Of a stretch of DNA of 64,000 bases, positions 12,032 through 23,600 are shown one piece after another. Each line of letters starts with the position of its first letter. Position 1 is the first letter of the stretch. The position numbers and the translations under genes were made by a program. A model generated the notes under the pieces. The model was not told the origin of the DNA and searched no databases. It was given only the letters and a program-made list of their open reading frames with translations. Source of the DNA: Lytechinus pictus (lineage: Eukaryota); assembly GCF_037042905.1 (NCBI RefSeq), contig NC_087245.1:7690001-7754000 (forward strand). Reading direction: 5' to 3'.

Positions 12032-13669
12032 GGGCAATTCCATAGGTTGGTGGACATGAGCTCAAAAATTCAAATTCAATATTTTCTTGAATTTTAAATA
12101 CTTTAAGTCCTTCATACATGATAGTTTCAGGAACAAAAAATAAAAAGTTTATTTTCATATGTATACTTTGGAAAAAAATGGTCAAAAGTTGTGTCTTCCA
12201 TTCTGTACCAAAATACAAGAAAAATAGTGAAAATTGAAATATGCCTTATTACCATTTTGTTATTGCAACATCATACCACTTTATATATTTCTGAAGTTTA
12301 GAAGAGTCAAATTACTTAATATACACAACAGCTTTTCAAGTAAATTTGTAGTACTCATTTAAAAATAAATATTGCAACCTGCTCAGGTGATGTAACGTGA
12401 GTAACCCCAAAAACTGACTTTGTTTTCTGAGCGAAAAATTCTTCACAGTTAATTGGTGGGATTTCAAATTCTCTTCCTTCAAACAATCTTTAACACGGTG
12501 ATGACTATCAAAATCATTGAAAAATACAATTTTTTATAAAAATGATGAAGAAAAACTGTAACGTGAGTAACTGTGTAACATGAGTAACCATCATGTAATG
12601 TGAGTAACTAGGGAAAATTATGCAGTTAGGTAACATTTTCTGTGGGATATCAAGTTTGAAGTCTCATGGTGAGTTGTGAAGTTATTTTTGATTAATTAAA
12701 AGCAAAAAGAGGGTACACCTCTTTGATATTCATCAAAATATCAGTGGTCATACATGTACAATCACACAAAAAATTGAATACTAGTAAAAGTATTCACAAT
12801 GCGAGAGTGTAATAGTTAGGCTTAAAGTTTCGATTAACCAAACTTTACATAGTGTTCGAACAATACATTGAATGCCCTTACCTGTAACCCTATCTAGGCC
12901 GGGGTATTTTGGGAGTTGATATGGCCGGGGGGGGGGGGGGGGGGGCCTCCCAGGCCCCCCTTGAGATCTCGGCCATTGGTCGCGCGATCGCACCAAAAAT
13001 TTGCACACAGGTTGTCTTGGACATAATCTACAAAACTGTACAGTAATTTATTTCATGCAAATTGGTATTAAGCGATTATGCTAATTTATGCAAAATTAGT
13101 AAGCAAAATCATACTTTTCCCTCTTACTCCCTAAACAAAGCTCCAATTGTTCCAATTTTTGGTATAAAAACTCTTGTTGGTGTTCCTAGCAATGAATTTT
13201 CCACACATTATTGAATTTTTAGTGACATTTTTGCTGTTAACCATACATGGACAAAATGTAACGTGAGTAACTGTAACGTGAGTAACCACTTTATCTGCAC
13301 CCCTAGTAAAAACCATGTGTTCTTTATTTTTTTTATCATATACAAAGTTTGTCTCCCTAATATACTTCTTTGAAATGGATATAATCAACTTTCATAAAAA
13401 CCTTGTATGAGGACACTTTTCACTTATGTCGATTTTTCATTTTATGCATACATGTCCAAATCATGTAACGTGAGTAACCGACACATTTCAAAGATTTGCC
13501 AGGAGCATAATAAAATTTCCCAAGTTTTGTTTTTATACAAAGGATAGTCAGACTGTGTACTTTGTTGTGATAAGTAGATGTTTAGTTCCTATCAATAATA
13601 ATGGAGTTACAGCACTAAGTATGAGTCAAGGTGTCTCCAAATGTAACGTGAGTAACCGTGGAATAGCCC
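12032..13669. mobile_element. Non-autonomous DNA transposon with 4-bp TSD (Sola-like), containing a GC-rich nested fragment at ~12885-13190
   Basis: TIR GGGCAATTCCA / TGGAATAGCCC; AGAT on both flanks; repeated internal motif GTAACGTGAGTAAC. The superfamily call rests only on TSD length and termini. Confidence 0.72.
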
Positions 13670-14393
13670 AGATGCAAATTCTGCATTCTGTCAATCAACA
13701 GGTGTGAGAAATCAACAAGCATGTTGCACTCACTGGGTACGCGCACATATACGAGCCATGAAATTTACATGTCTATTGAATTAGGCATTCCTGCACACTT
13801 GCAATATACATTACTAGTATCATGTAGATATCATTTTGGGGAAAGTAATAAGTTTGTGAAAGCTGTGTATCGAGCTGCAAGGATTATTGATATTCATTTA
13901 GTTTGTTGAATGGTGGAGTTCAAGAATGATTTGACAAAGTGTGATACATTTTCCTCATATACACAAATTTTATTTTTTAGTCAGTTATCCCGTCAGTGAT
14001 AACAACGTTCTAGAAAAAAAAGAGCAGAATCAAACAAACCAGTTTCCAATAGGTTTTTTCTTTATTTTAGTCCAAGCCAACACTCGAAAAGTGAAAAAGA
14101 AAATGAGAGAGATTTGAGGGAGAGAGAGGATATTAAGAAAGTAAACCCTAGTGCGCACGCTCTGGAAGATTTTGATCGTGAGCCAACTCGAGCGCGGATG
14201 GAACTTCAGACCCAGTGTCGAGACGAAGCGTTGTAAGAAATTTTGTACCCCAGATCTTTTTTGTCTCCGGAGTCAGAAAGCACGATAAAGCCAAAAACAC
14301 TGATTTTTTTTTTTTTTAAGATGGTTTTGAGATTGGTCAATATGTTGAATATGGTCAATCGCACTCAAGCCAAGGCCGTAGGTAGGTAGGACT

Positions 14394-15007
14394 TAGCCTG
14401 GACTCCATGATGATATTTTAAAATATTTTGACATAGATCTATACTTCTTCATCATGGAGCCTTGAAACTCTGTCCATACAGCCATAAGCGACACCTACAT
14501 ACCTGGTTGGATTTCCCTAGGACATCCATATTTACAGGGTGAAATCGGTTTGTACGGTTGAATTTTATTTATCTATGAACCTTCGTACGCCTAATGCGTA
14601 TAAAGGGATAAAATTATTTCACTATAAATGGCAAAAAATGACAAGTTTCTTACCAGACCGATCTCGTGCAGATCCCTCAATCCGTTTGTCAACAAAGCAA
14701 ATACAATAGGCTTGACCCTTGAACCGCTTCGTTATGACGTACCTTCGATTAGCGATGTTACAAAATGCCGTTTTGAAGAACAAATTTCTCGATTAAATTA
14801 TAATTTAACAAATTCTAAAATTTAATACGTTATTATTAGAAATAATTATTTATTAAATTGTAGTATTTGTTTAATGAAAATAAATTTCCTAGGGAAATCC
14901 ATCCGGGTATGTAGGTGTCGCTTATGGCTGTATGGAGAGATTTTCAAGGCTTTATGATGAAGAAGTATGTCAAAATATTTTAAAATATCACGAAGTCCTC
15001 ATGGCTA
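14394..15007. mobile_element. Foldback MITE with ~125-bp inverted arms
   Basis: TGATATTTTAAAATATTTTGACATA...CATAAGCGACACCTACATACC...GATTTCCCTAGG is mirrored at 14888-15007; TSD unclear. Confidence 0.75.
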
Positions 15008-15373
15008 CCGGCTAGGACTAGCCAGGAGGCTCCTAGAGAGTAAAAATCATTTACTATCGTATGCTTACTCTCCACGGAGCCAGGGATTCCTTCCCATTCA
15101 TCTGCGTGTACTGTCAAAAACCCTGAACTTTCGCCCCCGAGTTTTCTACTTTCCTTCTAAAAGATCTACCCCTAAATCATTTAGATGGGATACAACTTTA
15201 TTTCCGACATTTCTACGATATTGATTTCATTTTTAAACAAGAATTCATTCAAAAAACGAGAAAAATGTTATGAAAAGACAGGGAAAACTTGCCACCGTAT
15301 TTACCTCGCCATTTTGATTTCATTGTCTTTCGCTTGGCGACAGCATGCAAGTCGCGGGATTATATATTAACAG

Positions 15374-15751
15374 CAGACCTGCCAACCAGTACGTTTTTGG
15401 CGTATTTAGTACGTTTTTGCAATCAAATTTTTTTTTTTTTACAAAATCGTAATTGAGGAAAATCGTCTCTATATGTCTCTATTTCATAAAACTTACACAC
15501 ATATGGTTATTTCAGGTAACTTGTTTTTTTTCCATCATTTTGTTAAAACCAGGGTGAGATAATTATGCACATGTTTCAATGGTTTTTTTTTTCATCTGCA
15601 AGAGCAGTGCGCATTTTAGCTTGCATGCAGCTTGAGCGCTGCGATGAGCGAGTGCGCCGCGCATTTTATTATGAAATACACTTTTTTTGGGAAAAATACA
15701 GTTTTTTTATCACAGAATACAATTTTTCATTCCCAGAGGTTGGCAGGTCTG
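15374..15751. mobile_element. MITE with 6-bp TSD
   Basis: Perfect TIR CAGACCTGCCAACC / GGTTGGCAGGTCTG; TAACAG on both flanks. A related right end lies at ~10060-10154. Confidence 0.8.
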
Positions 15752-15887
15752 TAACAGTACCAAGTATGGATCAAACAAGAATCTAATTTAAACTTCAAAT
15801 TAATGGGGGAATGAGCATCTGTGTCGACATTTTTAAATTTCTGTGACTACTTTCTATCATTTAGTGCACCCTGCAAAGTATTTGTAG

Positions 15888-17458
15888 TTTTTGTCTCACC
15901 TGCATAGCAGAGTGAGACAATAGGCGCCGCTTTTCCGACGACGGCGGCGGTGTCAACACCAAATGACAGCATAACTTAGAAAGTATATGGACCTAGTTCA
16001 TGAAACTTGGACATAAGGTTAATCAAGTATTACTGGACATCCTGCCTGAATTTCAGGTCACATGACCAAGGTCAAATGTCATTTAGGGTCAATGAACTTA
16101 GACCATGTTGGGGGAATCAACATCAAAATCTTAACCTAAGGTTAAGTTTTTGAAATGTCATCATAACTTAGAAAATATATGGACCTACATGTACATGTAG
16201 TTCATGAAACTTGGACATAAGGTAAATCAAGTATTACTGAACATCCTGCTTGAGTTTGAAGTCACATGACCAAGGTCAAAGGTCATTTAGGGTCAATGAA
16301 CTTTGGCCAAATTGGGGGTATCTGTTGAATTACCATCATAACTTTGAAAGTTTATGGATCTAATTCATGTAATTCATGAAATTTGGACATGAGGTTAATC
16401 AAGTATTACTGAACATCCTGCTTCATTTTCAAGTCACATGACTAAGGTCAAAGGTCATTTAGGGTCAATGAACTTTGGCCAAATTGGGGGTATCTGTTGA
16501 ATTACCATCATAACTTTGAAAGTTTATAGATATGTTTCATGAAACTTGGAAATAAGAGTCATCAAGTATCACTGAACATCTCATGCGAGTTTCAGGTCAC
16601 ATGACCAAAGTCAAAGGTCATTTAAAGTCATCAATTGACATTTGGCCATTTTAGAGGTAATTATTAGATTGCTGTCATAACTTTCAAAGTTTATAGATAT
16701 AGTGTATAAAATGTGTATATAGGGGTAATCAAGTATCATTGACAAGTTTTAGGTCACATGATCAAGGTCAAATGTCAATGAACGCAGAGGCGTCGATCCT
16801 GAACCTCAAAAGAACTCCCACTTCGATTTGCAATAATCTTTTGTTGGATATATATCTTGTTTTTTTAAATCAAAAACGTCCATTAAACTCATTTTTTTCA
16901 GATCGAAATATCAAAATTTTCAGCTCGAGCTTCGCGCTCGCATCTATTGTTCTTTTAGATACCAATCTTAATCATTGGTATAAAAAATGCTTACAGTATC
17001 AAGCTTTCAGGTCAGAATATATAGAAATTTCAGCTCGCTCTCGGCACTCGCATTATATCTGTTTTGTGAGATATGTATCCTCCTCATGAGTTACTACAAA
17101 CAGTCCTTAACAGGTAAGCTTTTCCTGTTTTAAGGTCAGTACATAAAAAATGTCAGCTCGCACTTTGCGCTCGCATTAATTTGTTGGTGAGATACGTGTC
17201 TGTATCTCATGAGTCATATATATGCCTATGTGTGTGTGTGGGGGGGGGGGTTGTATGATCGAGCGCCTTCGGAACGTTGTTCATGATTTTGCCCCCCCAA
17301 TCTGAAAAATGGATCGACGCCCCTGAATGAACGTAGTATTGTATCATTATATGAATGGTGTATTTTGTGAATAATTATTTTATAGTAGTTTTCAAAGTCA
17401 GCACTGCTGCTATGAATCGCGTGATGCAGGTTAGACTGCCAGAGGCGTTCCACTTGTT
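15888..17458 (+). mobile_element. Helentron-type non-autonomous element, family A (longer copy)
   Basis: Same termini as 5493-6084 (TTTTTGTCTCACCTGCATAGCAGAGTGAGAC ... GCCAGAGGCGTTCCACTTGTT) with more internal repeat units. Confidence 0.82.
16785..17325. mobile_element. hAT-type MITE nested in the family A element
   Basis: TIR CAGAGGCGTCGATCC / GGATCGACGCCCCTG; perfect 8-bp TSD AATGAACG. Confidence 0.88.
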
Positions 17459-17737
17459 ACTTGTTTATTTTGTTCGCTTTGCCATTTCGATAAAATAACG
17501 TACCTGCACTTTGGCTCAGTAGCATCAGTAGCAGGTCGATGTTCAAATCAATTAGACTCGTTTGGTCGTCAACACTATTCCACTGACTTGGAAGAGAGGG
17601 TGACCTGTTGGAAAAACGAGTTAATACTGACTGGACATCTGGATTATTGTTTGGTTTGGATAAATTAACTCTAGGGATCAAATAAAGGAACATATTTTCA
17701 GGTGGTGATGACAGAATTTTTTATTTCCTTTCTCTAG

Positions 17738-17805
17738 ATACAACTCAACAGCAAAATGACTTAGATCCTCTTGCTGGTATGGGTGGTGACATGGAAAGTG
17801 AAAAG
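17738..17805 (+). CDS. Clc: Clathrin light chain, coding exon 2
   Basis: Polypyrimidine tract + TAG acceptor and AAG|GTAAAA donor; 68 nt links the phase-1 end of exon 1 to phase-0 exon 3; reads DTTQQQNDLDPLAGMGGDMESEK (poorly conserved region). Confidence 0.8.
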
Positions 17806-18243
17806 GTAAAAATCTTTGTTTATTGTTGCTTTAACATGTAACCGTTTACTCTGATGGATAGGGACAGTGCCATAGAGGGGAGTGATCCTAACCTTGTATC
17901 CGTAAAGAGATTCATCTGATTGGTAAAACTCAAAATGTTCTATATAATCCCACCCTTGATTGTTTAAATATTGAATAAATCAACAGAAAGATGAAGAGAG
18001 ACAATGAGAGAAGATCATGTAGTTCTGTGGTACCTCTAATATTTTTTTATTAAATTTAAAAAAATAAACACCCCCCCCCCCCCCCTCATCAAAATAAGTT
18101 TTAATCTGTTTTTGTTTTTGAAAAATACCATAGTGGACTATACCACTATGGTATGTGTCAGTCATAACAAAAAACCTGTGACTTTTTTTAGTTTGCCTTT
18201 GGCAGACAGCCACAGAAATCCTCTCTTTTTCTTAAATTGACAG

Positions 18244-18376
18244 CCGGCTGATGACATGCAAACAAATGGACCAACAGACTTGTACTCTGCCATCTCACAT
18301 GCAGACACGAGAGCAAATGAACCAGAGAAGATCCGTTTATGGAGAGAAGAACAGAAAAATATACTTGCAAAGAAAG
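18244..18376 (+). CDS. Clc: Clathrin light chain, coding exon 3
   Basis: CAG acceptor, G|GTATAG donor; PADDMQTNGPTDLYSAISHADTRANEPEKIRLWREEQKNILAKK matches the NGPTD..Y.AI...EPE.IR.WREEQ motif. Confidence 0.95.
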
Positions 18377-18814
18377 GTATAGTGTTTATCCCATACATAC
18401 ATGTAAATAACATAATGGAACCGTGCTAAATATGTGTGTACAGTTTTCAAGGGACTGCTTGCATTTAATAAGGGTCTAGGGGGTTCACTTGTGGCTAAAT
18501 CATTTTTCAGGGAGATAAAATCATGTTAAATACAGTTAGCAATGAATTATTCATTCCCCTTGGAAATTTTTTTCATTTTTTCTTCAACATGAAATCCGAA
18601 TTGATTTTACTGGTATATCAACTGAGTGCACATAGCCGTCATCTTTGAAATAGTGCTCCTTCTGGTTTCACTCTATTTGTATGAAAATTGTGAGTTGGAG
18701 ATGTTCACAATATTTCACAAGCCACCTTACTACGATTCACCCTTAATTTTCCAAAAAAATACATAGAACTGCAATTGTCCAAGGGTTATGAATAATTTTG
18801 TTGTTGAACATGTA

Positions 18815-19045
18815 CAGTGGTGCTCAAAAGTTAGTGAACCCCACCAGAAAATGAAGATATTTAAAGTGTTCAATTTCTGCCATGTTTCAGATATTTAATT
18901 GTAAAGTCAGGTGATAAAATATTACATTCAATAAAGTTTGTTTCTCTTGGCTTGCTAAACATTGTAGTGTTGTTGTCTACATTCAATACTCAGTATGAAA
19001 GACTGCATTTTGTGATGAGGTTCACTAACTTTTGAGCACAACTTG
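18815..19045. mobile_element. Tc1/mariner-type MITE in Clc intron 3
   Basis: TA|CAGTGGTGCTCAAAAGTTAGTGAACC ... GGTTCACTAACTTTTGAGCACAACTTG|TA. Confidence 0.82.
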
Positions 19046-19666
19046 TACATGTATCTGTATACAATGTACGGCTACTAAAACATCTACTTTAGCTGTATAA
19101 ATAGCACACCCTGGTATGCCATTAGTTACTCTTTTTTTTTTTTTTTTTAATTATTAAAAGCACCCTCTAAGATTAAAGGATTTGAATGCGGGGGGGGGGG
19201 GGGTGGAGGTCAGATCATACAATATGTGGCTTTTAATGTATTTTATCATTTCAGTGTATGGAATTGCAGAAGAGTGAAGACGTGAAAGGCATGAATAAAG
19301 TTGCTATAAAATCAGCATGGGCTTCATTAAAGCAACATAATACATGTGAAATGCAATATATTTAACAAACCCCATTTAAATATTCCCAGTAAACAGAATT
19401 GATCATAATATCTCACTAAGAATATATATTTCAAAAGCTTTTTTATTATTGACTGTTTATTTCCTGCTGAACATCATAGAGCACAAGTGACCACAAACCC
19501 TCATTGTCTGTGAAGAAAGCTCCTATATTAAATCCCTTTCAGTGAGAAATAAATGGCTTACTACTTGAAAAATTTATTTTAACTTACATGTACCCCGAAA
19601 CCACTTTGATTGTCATCTTGTGAGGATAGGTATTTCATAGTCCATTGTTGTAATTGTTTTTTGTAG

Positions 19667-19778
19667 ATGAAGAAGCTGACGAGCTTGAATTAGATTGGAA
19701 AGAGTCTGCTAAGAAGGAGATTACAGATTGGTATGCCAGGCAAGCTGAGCAATTAGTCAAAGCAAAAGCGTCAAATAG
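19667..19778 (+). CDS. Clc: Clathrin light chain, coding exon 4
   Basis: TAG acceptor, AG|GTATGT donor; DEEADELELDWKESAKKEITDWYARQAEQLVKAKASNR is the heavy-chain-binding helix. Confidence 0.95.
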
Positions 19779-20187
19779 GTATGTTTTTTTTTTTAATCCA
19801 GTCATTAGCCGATATATGTTGTAGGAAGCATCAATAAAGATCATATTGCAGTGACAGTTAACACTTAACAATGATTTTATTCATATAGTTGCACTGGATT
19901 TTGTTTGTTTGAATAGAAGCATGCAAATGAGAGTAATAATACAATGAGGTAAGGTTGATAATATCCAAGTCTTTTGGAAGTGAATACAGACATATCATAA
20001 TGTGATATGTGCTGTATAATTATTATTCATGAAAGATTGAGGAAAACTTCATTTTCAGAGATGTGACCAATCCAGTACAAGTTGGCAGCTTTTTTATGAA
20101 TCATGTGACTAAACTTTTTCATACCTTTTCCTTTGATTTTTTTTCTGCATAGATCTTTTCAATTTTTTTTTTATACATCTCTCGCAG

Positions 20188-20199
20188 CTTAGATGACAA
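20188..20199 (+). CDS. Clc: Candidate 12-nt alternative microexon of clathrin light chain
   Basis: Long pyrimidine tract, CGCAG|CTTAGATGACAA|GTAATG; frame-preserving and stop-free (N-R-A becomes N-S-L-D-D-K-A). Confidence 0.6.
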
Positions 20200-20435
20200 G
20201 TAATGATTTTTTAAATTTTATTTAGAAATTAACATTGATGAATTGAATTGAACACATGAACTTGGGACTTTAAAGAATGCAAATGACTCTAAAATATTCA
20301 AATTGTATGCAACATGAGAGATAGGTAATGGGTATTTTTAGATTGTAATATAAAGCAAAGTGGTTTACATTTACCTTGGTATGTTTTCGATATGATATAA
20401 TCATGAAATATTATATCTTTTTTTGTTTGTTTTAG

Positions 20436-20613
20436 GGCGGCTGAGGAAGCATTCATCGAGAAACGTGATGAGGTAACACCGGGTCAGGAATGGGAACGTA
20501 TCGCTGGTCACTGTGATTTCAATCCAAAGAACAACAAGAATCTCAAGGACATCACACGCTTTAGGTCAATACTCCTTCACTTAAAGCAATCAGGTGTTCA
20601 GCCCTCCAAATAA
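20436..20613 (+). CDS. Clc: Clathrin light chain, last coding exon
   Basis: TTTAG acceptor; AAEEAFIEKRDEVTPGQEWERIAGHCDFNPKNNKNLKDITRFRSILLHLKQSGVQPSK* is the canonical C-terminus. The five exons sum to 678 nt = 225 aa + stop. Confidence 0.96.
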
Positions 20614-23600
20614 AACATATCTAGTCTAGTCAAGAAATAGCTGTCAACCTTCGTGGCAACTTTGTGTTTATTATTATTCAGTGGATCATTTTTTTCCCTC
20701 TTTCCAAGATTTATTTCCTAGCAGACTGCCCAGGTCACACCCTATAAGATGATCACAGGAACTTAAAAGAATATAGATGTGATTTATAGGTTTTGCTTGT
20801 TCGGTTCTGATAATCTTTTCAGAATAGCTGTATCTGATTTGTACAAATAAGATAAAACAGATACACACCAAACCATAGCATTTCTCTAGTGCAATTTATA
20901 ACTTGTCAGAATTAGATAGAGATACATGCTAACAATTAAAAAAAATATATATTTATCTATACCATTTTTTTTCTGATATGATTTTTTCAGAATAAGATAT
21001 TATTTTGTTTAGCTGTCACATTATTTAAAAGATAACCAAAGAGTGTCCTGATACTTTTCATTCTTTTTTTATTCATTTACCCACAAAAAATAACCGTTTT
21101 CTAGTCTTTCCAGGATGATAGGGGGTATTTCAATATTATTTACAAATTATTTTGGGGATTTATTTGTTGTGATATATTGAAATAGTTCCTTTTTTATCAC
21201 TCTGAGATGAATTATGATCCACTGATCTATGTATATTTTTATATTATACATTCATTCCTTCTAATTTGTTGTAAAATAGTACAATGAATCAGTAATCTTG
21301 ACCATTATATGGCAAAACTGTCTCTTTCTTAAAATGACAATTTTTTTATCTTTAGCCGCCGAATTGCTTTCGTAAATTAGATAATCATAAAACACCAACA
21401 CCACCGTTTTGCCATATTATGGTCAGTAGTGATACAAGTCAATTGATTTTTTTTTCTTTTTAAATGTCAGTGCTACTGTTTTGCATATTGTATGTAGTTC
21501 AGAGACATATTACGATAGAATGTTTCTTGAAATTCAAATATAGAGGTTTATAGCTGTCTATTAATGTTTTAAAAATGTAGATGCATGTTTATCAAAATCA
21601 ATTCCTACTCTTAGTTCAAATCCTAAAGATAATTCAGATGTTGCTAATGTCATGAATTACAATTTCAAAACAGATGTGTGAGAACAAAAGTTCTACCGTA
21701 TTTAAATGATTTAAATAATAATGAGTTTGGAGAAGAAGAGGAATGGGACTGGGCTCAAACTTTTCAATAATTTAGCATTCTGTAATGCACTAAGACCTTC
21801 TTTTGTCAAATGATAAATGATATTAAGATAGTTAAATGTCAATGCAATCTATTAAAAAAAAATAATGGAAATTTTATTACTCATATAGAACTGTACCATT
21901 ATGGTAATGAAAACTGCCGCTCTTTGGTCGAGAGATTGCATGCATACAACTACACAGACCATATAATCATGATTTATTTCTTATCAATGCATGCAAGTAT
22001 AAAAATGTTGCCCTGATCTGATGCATTTTAAAACATGGATTATTTCAAGACATGTAGTCTTAATGCTAGACAAGATGGCAAAGTTGCACATTGGATGCCC
22101 ACAGGCAAGGAAAAGTGTTCATACATTGTATTTCAGATTTGATATTATTTTTTAACATGTACTGTAGATAAGATGGAAAATATGCTGTTGATTTCTGGTT
22201 GAGGAAAATAAATCACAATAATGTTCACTGGGTCTTACATAGTCACATCTGATATTTAATGTTGTGAACTATGAACATACACTGAAATTGTTCAAGCCCT
22301 ATATCCCAGAGTCTAGTATTCAATACAGCTCATACATGCATTACTGTACAATTAATGACCAATATTTGTTGATAAAATGTGACATTGTAAATCATTTATC
22401 ATGTACACTTTCTTTTTTAGCTTCAGTTATTACACAAGTAATGCAAGTGTTGGTATACTTACATGAATATTAATTCTTGTATGGAGAATACCAAGAATAA
22501 TATTCATTGAGTATTGGGTATCTTAGCTCATGAATATTAAATAGATTGCATTGATTATTCATGATTGTTTGGGACAGTGATCATGGTCAAAGACTGTAAT
22601 GTGTTTGTATTTATTTGAGATTGCATTGAATAGAAATGAATCATATGATGAGTTTGTACCAGAGTGTAATCATTTCATGACTTCATTCGGCTTCATATGC
22701 TACATTATTTTAAAATCATATTGACATTCATACTGCACGGACTAGGAAATGTGCAGTCTGATTAGTAAAAAGTAAATCCTTTGATGAATAATAGATTTGG
22801 TCATCAAATGCAAGGAGTTGTTCTGCATTTCGGAAATCTCTCAAATTAACAACATCGATAAGTGTATTGTACTATCGTAGGCAAGCGGATTACTCTTTCC
22901 CATAAATAAGTCTAAACTCTTACATTTAAACAAATAGGGCACAAATTAGATTAAATTTTGTAGCTTTGCCCAAATCATATAATCACCTTTTAAATTCAGT
23001 GGATAAGACAGGCTCTCTATTATGAAAAGTGTATTACTCAGCCTCAATTTAGAAAGATAGGTTCATCTAAAACAATTTGTAATTTTGTCCCTTCACATTG
23101 ACCAAGGGTAATCATATTCTTACTCTTATTGAATGATAACGAAATAAGAGAGTAGATTAGTTGAAAGATAATTGGAATGTAGAATTGAAAGAAGGAAAGG
23201 AATAGGAGATGGAGCGATATAAAGGAGGAACACGTACATACAGAAAATGGAGGAGAAGAGAACGGGAATTGTGAAAAGAGAGAGGGAGAGAAAGGAAAGG
23301 GCTTGGAAAATTAGAGCTTAAGAGAGAGCATTGCAATTGAGTTTGATTTCCTTGATTAATTGAACATGGTAAACTCGCTTTGCATTGTGGCTGTTAATTT
23401 TAAAAACATCTGTGTCTTTGAACCAGGTCAAAAATGAAAAAAAAAAACACACGTTAAGAAAAAAGAAACCAAATGAAAAGATGAAAGTGCTGTTCAGAAG
23501 TCTTGGGGAATGCGCGCGCGGGACATAAGGGGCCTGTTGCATGAAAGGGTCTTTCGTAGAACCATTCTACGTAAGAACGAGATATCGCTCAACTGTTTCA

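Noticed and set aside
18206..18243. Alternative upstream acceptor (GGCAG) for Clc exon 3
   Set aside because: Introduces an in-frame TAA.
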